DNA from: Actinomycetes bacterium
GTDB taxonomy: Bacteria; Actinomycetota; CALGFH01
Assembly (NCBI GenBank): GCA_045807325.1
Contig: JBJMHP010000221.1
Span: 1 to 49,343 of the forward strand
Direction: 5' to 3'
DNA length: 49,343 bases
Within the stretch, counting starts at the first letter, position 1, and the number at the start of each line of letters is the position of its first letter. The translations under genes and the position numbers were made by a program. Below are positions 45,683-49,343 of the stretch, piece by piece. The notes below the pieces were generated by a model. It was not told the DNA's origin. It saw only the letters and a program-made list of their open reading frames with translations, and made no database searches.

Positions 45683-45999
45683 CGTTCGGGCCGCTCCTCT
45701 TCCTCCTCGTCGGCGACCTCGGCCGTGTCCTCGGCCGGCTCGGGGTTGACCTTGCCGGAGATGGCCCGGCGGTTGACCCGGGCCTCGACCCCCGGGGACA
45801 GCTCGATGGTGACCACGTCGCCGTCGAAGCGGCGGATGGTGCCGAAGAACCCCGCCGAGGTGATGATCTCGTCGCCCAGCTGCAGCGAGGACTGCAGTGA
45901 CTGGAGGGACTTGAGCCGGCGCTGCTGCGGGCGGATGAGCAGGAAGTAGAAGACGCCGAAAATCAGCACGAGGAAGATGAGGGACCCGCTGCCTTCCAT
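45679..45999 (-). CDS. yajC: Preprotein translocase subunit YajC.
   Basis: Start at ATG 45999. LIFLVLIFGVFYFLLIRPQQRR...LGDEIITSAGFFGTI is the canonical YajC core. Confidence 0.92.
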   Translation of the reverse strand: MEGSGSLIFLVLIFGVFYFLLIRPQQRRLKSLQSLQSSLQLGDEIITSAGFFGTIRRFDGDVVTIELSPGVEARVNRRAISGKVNPEPAEDTAEVADEEEEERPER

Positions 46000-46045
46000 G
46001 GTGTCCAGGACCTCCGGAGGGGCCGACGCGAGCGGCAATCCTACT

Positions 46046-47113
46046 CTACGGGCTCTCTGCAGGTTCCTGGCCCTCATCGAAGAGCGAACCGGGGCTGGGC
46101 GCGGCCCCGGTCCCGCGGGGGACGGCCAGGCCGAGGTGGGCGTAGGCGGCCGCGGTGGCGACCCGGCCCCTTGGGGTGCGCTGGAGGAAGCCGAGCTGGA
46201 GCAGGTACGGCTCGGCCACGTCCTCGACCGTGTCCTGCTCCTCCCCGACCGAGACGGCCAGGGTGGCCAGGCCGACCGGGGCGCCCCCGAAGCGCTCGCA
46301 CAGCACCCGCAGCAGGGCCAGGTCGAGCTTGTCCAGCCCCAGCCGGTCGACCTCGAACAGCTCGAGGGCGGCCTCGGCCACAGCTTCGTCGACCGACCCG
46401 TCGGCCCGGACCTCGGCGTAGTCGCGGACCCGGCGCAGCAGCCGGTTGGCGATCCGGGGGGTGCCCCGGGACCGGCGGGCCAGGACCTCGGCCCCGGCCC
46501 GGTCGATGGCCACCCCGAGGATCGACGCCGAGCGGGTGACGATCGCCTGGAGGTCGGCCGGCCCGTAGTAGTCGAGCCGGGCCGAGAAGCCGAAGCGGTC
46601 GCGCAGCGGCGAGGTGATCAGCCCGGTGCGGGTGGTGGCCGCGACCAGGGTGAACCGGGGCAGGTCGAGGCGCAGGCTGCGCGCCCCCGGGCCCTTGCCG
46701 AGGACCACGTCGATCTGGAAGTCCTCCATGGCCGGGTACAGGACCTCCTCGACGGCCCGGGGGAGGCGGTGGATCTCGTCCACGAACAGGACGTCGCCGG
46801 CCTCCAGGCCGGTGAGGATGGCGGCCAGGTCGCCGGCCCGCTCCAGGGCCGGGCCCGAGGTGACCCGGAAGCCGACCCCGAGCTCGGCGGCCACGATGGC
46901 GGCCAGGCTGGTCTTGCCCAGCCCGGGCGGCCCCGAGAACAGCAGGTGGTCGGGGGGCAGGCCCCGCCGGCGGGCCGACTCGAGCACGATGCCGAGCTGT
47001 TCGCGAATACGGGCCTGGCCGATGAACTCGTCCAGCTTGCGCGGGCGCAGGCTGCCCTCGCTGGCCCGGTCGCCCTCGTCGGGCCAGGGGTCGAGGATCC
47101 CGGGGTCGGTCAT
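46046..47113 (-). CDS. ruvB: Holliday junction DNA helicase RuvB.
   Basis: Start at ATG 47113 (ATGA overlap with ruvA). [19 protein letters not shown]...[15 protein letters not shown]...[10 protein letters not shown]. Confidence 0.96.
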   Translation of the reverse strand: MTDPGILDPWPDEGDRASEGSLRPRKLDEFIGQARIREQLGIVLESARRRGLPPDHLLFSGPPGLGKTSLAAIVAAELGVGFRVTSGPALERAGDLAAILTGLEAGDVLFVDEIHRLPRAVEEVLYPAMEDFQIDVVLGKGPGARSLRLDLPRFTLVAATTRTGLITSPLRDRFGFSARLDYYGPADLQAIVTRSASILGVAIDRAGAEVLARRSRGTPRIANRLLRRVRDYAEVRADGSVDEAVAEAALELFEVDRLGLDKLDLALLRVLCERFGGAPVGLATLAVSVGEEQDTVEDVAEPYLLQLGFLQRTPRGRVATAAAYAHLGLAVPRGTGAAPSPGSLFDEGQEPAESP

Positions 47114-47700
47114 CGGCTGGTCCCCAGGCCGCGCAGGGCCAGGCGCAGCAGCTCCTCGGTCGAGTGCGCGCCGGCGTCGGGCGGGAGGGCGGCCAGGGCG
47201 GTCTTGATCTCGGCCGGGCCGTAGCCGAGGGCGCCGAGGGCCTCGCGGACCTCGGCGTAGGCGGGGCGGCCGTCGGTCTCGACCGGCAGGTCGGGCTCGC
47301 CGTCGCCGAGCCTGCCCTTCAGCTCCAGCAGCAGCCGGGCCGCGCCCTTGCGCCCGATCCCGGGGACCAGGGTGAGGGCGTCGGCGTCGCCGGCGCTGAC
47401 GGCGCGGCGCAGGGCATCGGGGGAATGCACGGCCAGCACGGCCAGGGCCAGCTTGGGCCCGACCCCGGTGGCCGTCAGCAGCTGCTCGAAGGCGCGGCGC
47501 TCGTCGGTGGTGGCGAAGCCGTACAGGGCCAGGGTGTCCTCGCGCACATAGGTGACGGTGTGGACCAGGACCTCGCCCTCGCGGGGCAGGGTGGCGATGG
47601 CCTTGGGGGTCAGGAACACCCGGTAGCCGACCCCGCCGACCTCGATCACGGCCCCGTCGGCCAGCACCTCGAGCAGCCGCCCGCGCAGGCTGGCGATCAC
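47110..47700 (-). CDS. ruvA: Holliday junction branch-migration protein RuvA.
   Basis: GTG 47700 (GTGA overlap with ruvC). [23 protein letters not shown]...LYGF...[23 protein letters not shown]. Confidence 0.94.
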   Translation of the reverse strand: MIASLRGRLLEVLADGAVIEVGGVGYRVFLTPKAIATLPREGEVLVHTVTYVREDTLALYGFATTDERRAFEQLLTATGVGPKLALAVLAVHSPDALRRAVSAGDADALTLVPGIGRKGAARLLLELKGRLGDGEPDLPVETDGRPAYAEVREALGALGYGPAEIKTALAALPPDAGAHSTEELLRLALRGLGTSR

Positions 47701-48290
47701 CGCCCGGCCCTCGGGGTACGGAGCCCTGGTGAGGTGGGGGCGGCCCGGGCAAGCCAGTCGGCGGTCGAGGCGGCCCCGAGCGCACCCCCGGTGCCGGCGC
47801 CCGCTCCGGTGCCGGGGCCGGTCAGGCCGGCGTGGTTGAGGTGGCACAGGGCCACGGCCAGGGCGTCGGCGGTGTCGGCCGGGGTCGGCACCGCCGCCAG
47901 GCCCAGTAGGGCCTTGACCATGTAGCCGACCTGCTCCTTGGGCGCGCTCCCCGACCCGGTGACAGCCTGTTTGACCTGCGGCGGGGTGTAGGCCGAGACC
48001 TCAAGGCCGTGCTCGGCGGCCAGCAGCAGCACCACCCCGGAGGCCTGGCCGACGGTCATGGCCGTGCGCACGTTGGCGTTGAAGAACAGCCGCTCGATGG
48101 CCAGAGCCTCGGGCCGATGGACGGCCAGCACCTGCCGCAGCCCCGCGGCCAGGGTGGCCAGGCGCGGCGCGACCTGCTCGCCGTCGGTGTGGACAGTGCC
48201 GTAGCCGACGGCCACCACCCGCCCCCCGCGCCGCTCCAGCACGGCCCAGCCGCAGCGACCGAGCCCCGGGTCGACCCCGAGCACCCGCAT
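47697..48290 (-). CDS. ruvC: Crossover junction endodeoxyribonuclease RuvC.
   Basis: ATG 48290 after [23 protein letters not shown]...[23 protein letters not shown]...VKQAVTG.G.A.K.QV. Confidence 0.93.
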   Translation of the reverse strand: MRVLGVDPGLGRCGWAVLERRGGRVVAVGYGTVHTDGEQVAPRLATLAAGLRQVLAVHRPEALAIERLFFNANVRTAMTVGQASGVVLLLAAEHGLEVSAYTPPQVKQAVTGSGSAPKEQVGYMVKALLGLAAVPTPADTADALAVALCHLNHAGLTGPGTGAGAGTGGALGAASTADWLARAAPTSPGLRTPRAGR

Positions 48291-48444
48291 GGCCGACCCT
48301 CCGCTCCGCTCGAACATCTCTCGAACACCTGTTTGGCGGCAGCCTACCGCCTGCCCCGGACAGGCTCAAGGATCCTCCGCCGGTTTGGTTGGTTAGCCTG
48401 CCCTCCGGCCGGGTAGGCCGGCGCTCGACCCGAAGGGAGGCGAG

Positions 48445-48528
48445 ATGCGGCTCGGCACACTGCTGTTGATCATCATCATCGTGCTGCTGGTGCTGTTCCT
48501 GTTCAGCCGCCGTCGCGGCCGCCTGTAG
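48445..48528 (+). CDS. Candidate 27-aa hydrophobic membrane peptide.
   Basis: AAGGGAGG lies 5 nt before the ATG. MRLGTLLLIIIIVLLVLFLFSRRRGRL* is one TM helix plus a basic tail. It is too short for the ORF track and lies antisense to the kinase read-through frame. Confidence 0.4.
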   Translation: MRLGTLLLIIIIVLLVLFLFSRRRGRL

Positions 48529-48582
48529 GTTGCCTGACCGGCCCGGGCCGGCGCGGCGGCTCCGCCGCCCGCCGGCGCCGGC

Positions 48583-49343
48583 GACCGGCAGGGTGGCGGT
48601 GACGGTGGTGTCCTGCCCGGGCCGGGAACGGACCTGCCAGACCCCGCCGGCCATCTCGACCTGCCGGCGCATGCTGGCCAGGCCGAAGTGGTCCTGGCCG
48701 AGGTGGTCGGCCACCCGGGTGGTGGCGAAGCCGGCGCCGTCGTCGCCCACCTCGAGCCACCCCCGGTCCCCGACGACCCGGAGCGACACCCAGGCGCGAC
48801 TCGCCCGGGCGTGCTTGGCCACGTTGGTCAGGGCCTCCTGGGCGACCCGGTGCAGCACCGTCTCCTGGGCCCCGCCCCGCCACACCGGCAGCTCGGCCTC
48901 GACCGTGCAGGCGATCCCGGTCTGCTGGCGGAAGGCGGCGGCGTGGTCGCCCAGGGTCGCCACCAGCCCCCACTCGTCCAGGGCCAGGGGACGCAGCTCG
49001 ACCATCACCCGCCGCAGGGCCGCCACCTCCCCGCGGATGTCCTCCTCGAGCGAGTCGAGCAGCTTCCGCCCGCCGGCCAGGTCGCCCCTGGTCACCCGGC
49101 GGCGGCTCAGGTCGGCGAGGTCGCGCATGGTGGGGTGCAGCGCGGTCGCGCCCCAGCAGGCGTACCAGGTCATCCAGCCGGTTTCGATCGGGCTGCCGCT
49201 GTGGTAGCCGCCGGTCAGCTGGATGATGCTGTAGAGGGTGTCGGTGACCAGCAGGGCACCGACGCCGAGCACAGGATCCAGAACGCCGGCGGGCGAGTGC
49301 CCCGAGCAGATCGACCACCTGCTAACCGTCCTCGGTGAGGTCG
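48583..49343 (-). CDS. Sensor histidine kinase (HisKA_3 + HATPase_c). The N-terminus lies beyond the window end. Only the domain-supported part is given.
   Basis: LRRVMVELRPLALDEWGLVATL...HRVAQEALTNVAKHARAS...EVGDDGAGF...GLASMRRQVEMAGGVWQVRSRPGQDTTVTATLPV. The frame formally stays open down to 48001. Confidence 0.8.

Noticed and set aside
48308-48330. LexA/SOS box upstream of ruvC (TCGAACA twice).
   Set aside because: The actinobacterial SOS box is an inverted repeat, TCGAAC-N4-GTTCGA. Here the two TCGAACA units are direct repeats (CTCGAACA-tct-CTCGAACA), so this is not a canonical LexA site.

Overview
High-GC (roughly 73-75%) actinobacterial-type chromosome segment. Nearly all credible genes are on the minus strand, and many are joined by 4-nt ATGA/GTGA stop-start overlaps. 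The backbone is a conserved housekeeping block. Read along the minus strand it runs ruvC-ruvA-ruvB-yajC-(HD)-secD-secF-apt-ppa-relA-dtd, then MBL hydrolase-hisS-aspS-rarA, then alaS-ruvX-mltG-aroE, then aroC-aroK-aroB-aroQ-M24 peptidase-DUF885-efp-nusB. Partial HisKA_3 histidine kinases sit at both window edges.

Features not explained by housekeeping:
1. Two diverged IS200/IS605-family tnpB elements (5875-7244 and 22465-24086) lie antisense in intercistronic junctions of this operon. They share left-end hairpins after a TTSAC motif and an identical right-end architecture, GGGAATCC-N20-GGAYGTCAA. Each appears to donate the stop codon of the abutting host gene. One carries an internally deleted tnpA relic.
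2. A ~10 kb accessory island (11816-21585) sits between aroC and aroE. It holds a MerR-ahcY pair and a glycosylation-like module (FAD oxidoreductase, GT2, 63-aa membrane protein, GT-C-like protein, Ser/Thr-rich cupredoxin lipoprotein). It also holds gene relics and a frameshifted MFS gene.
3. An AT-rich motif, AGGATTTAGG-N4-CCTAAA-ATGGAGG, recurs three times inside that module.
4. A dispersed bipartite GC-rich repeat (GTGGACAGC-N22-SGGCTACSCT plus flanking hairpins) occurs at four loci.
5. A ~190-nt multi-helix non-coding region with a 17-bp hairpin lies between aspS and rarA.
6. A GGAAT-N18-GTTG (sigma-R/sigma-H type) promoter precedes a zf-UBP/MFS pair.
7. A strongly SD-led 27-codon hydrophobic ORF lies antisense to the stop-less tail of the right-edge kinase.

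All homology calls come from reading the translations. No database search was run.
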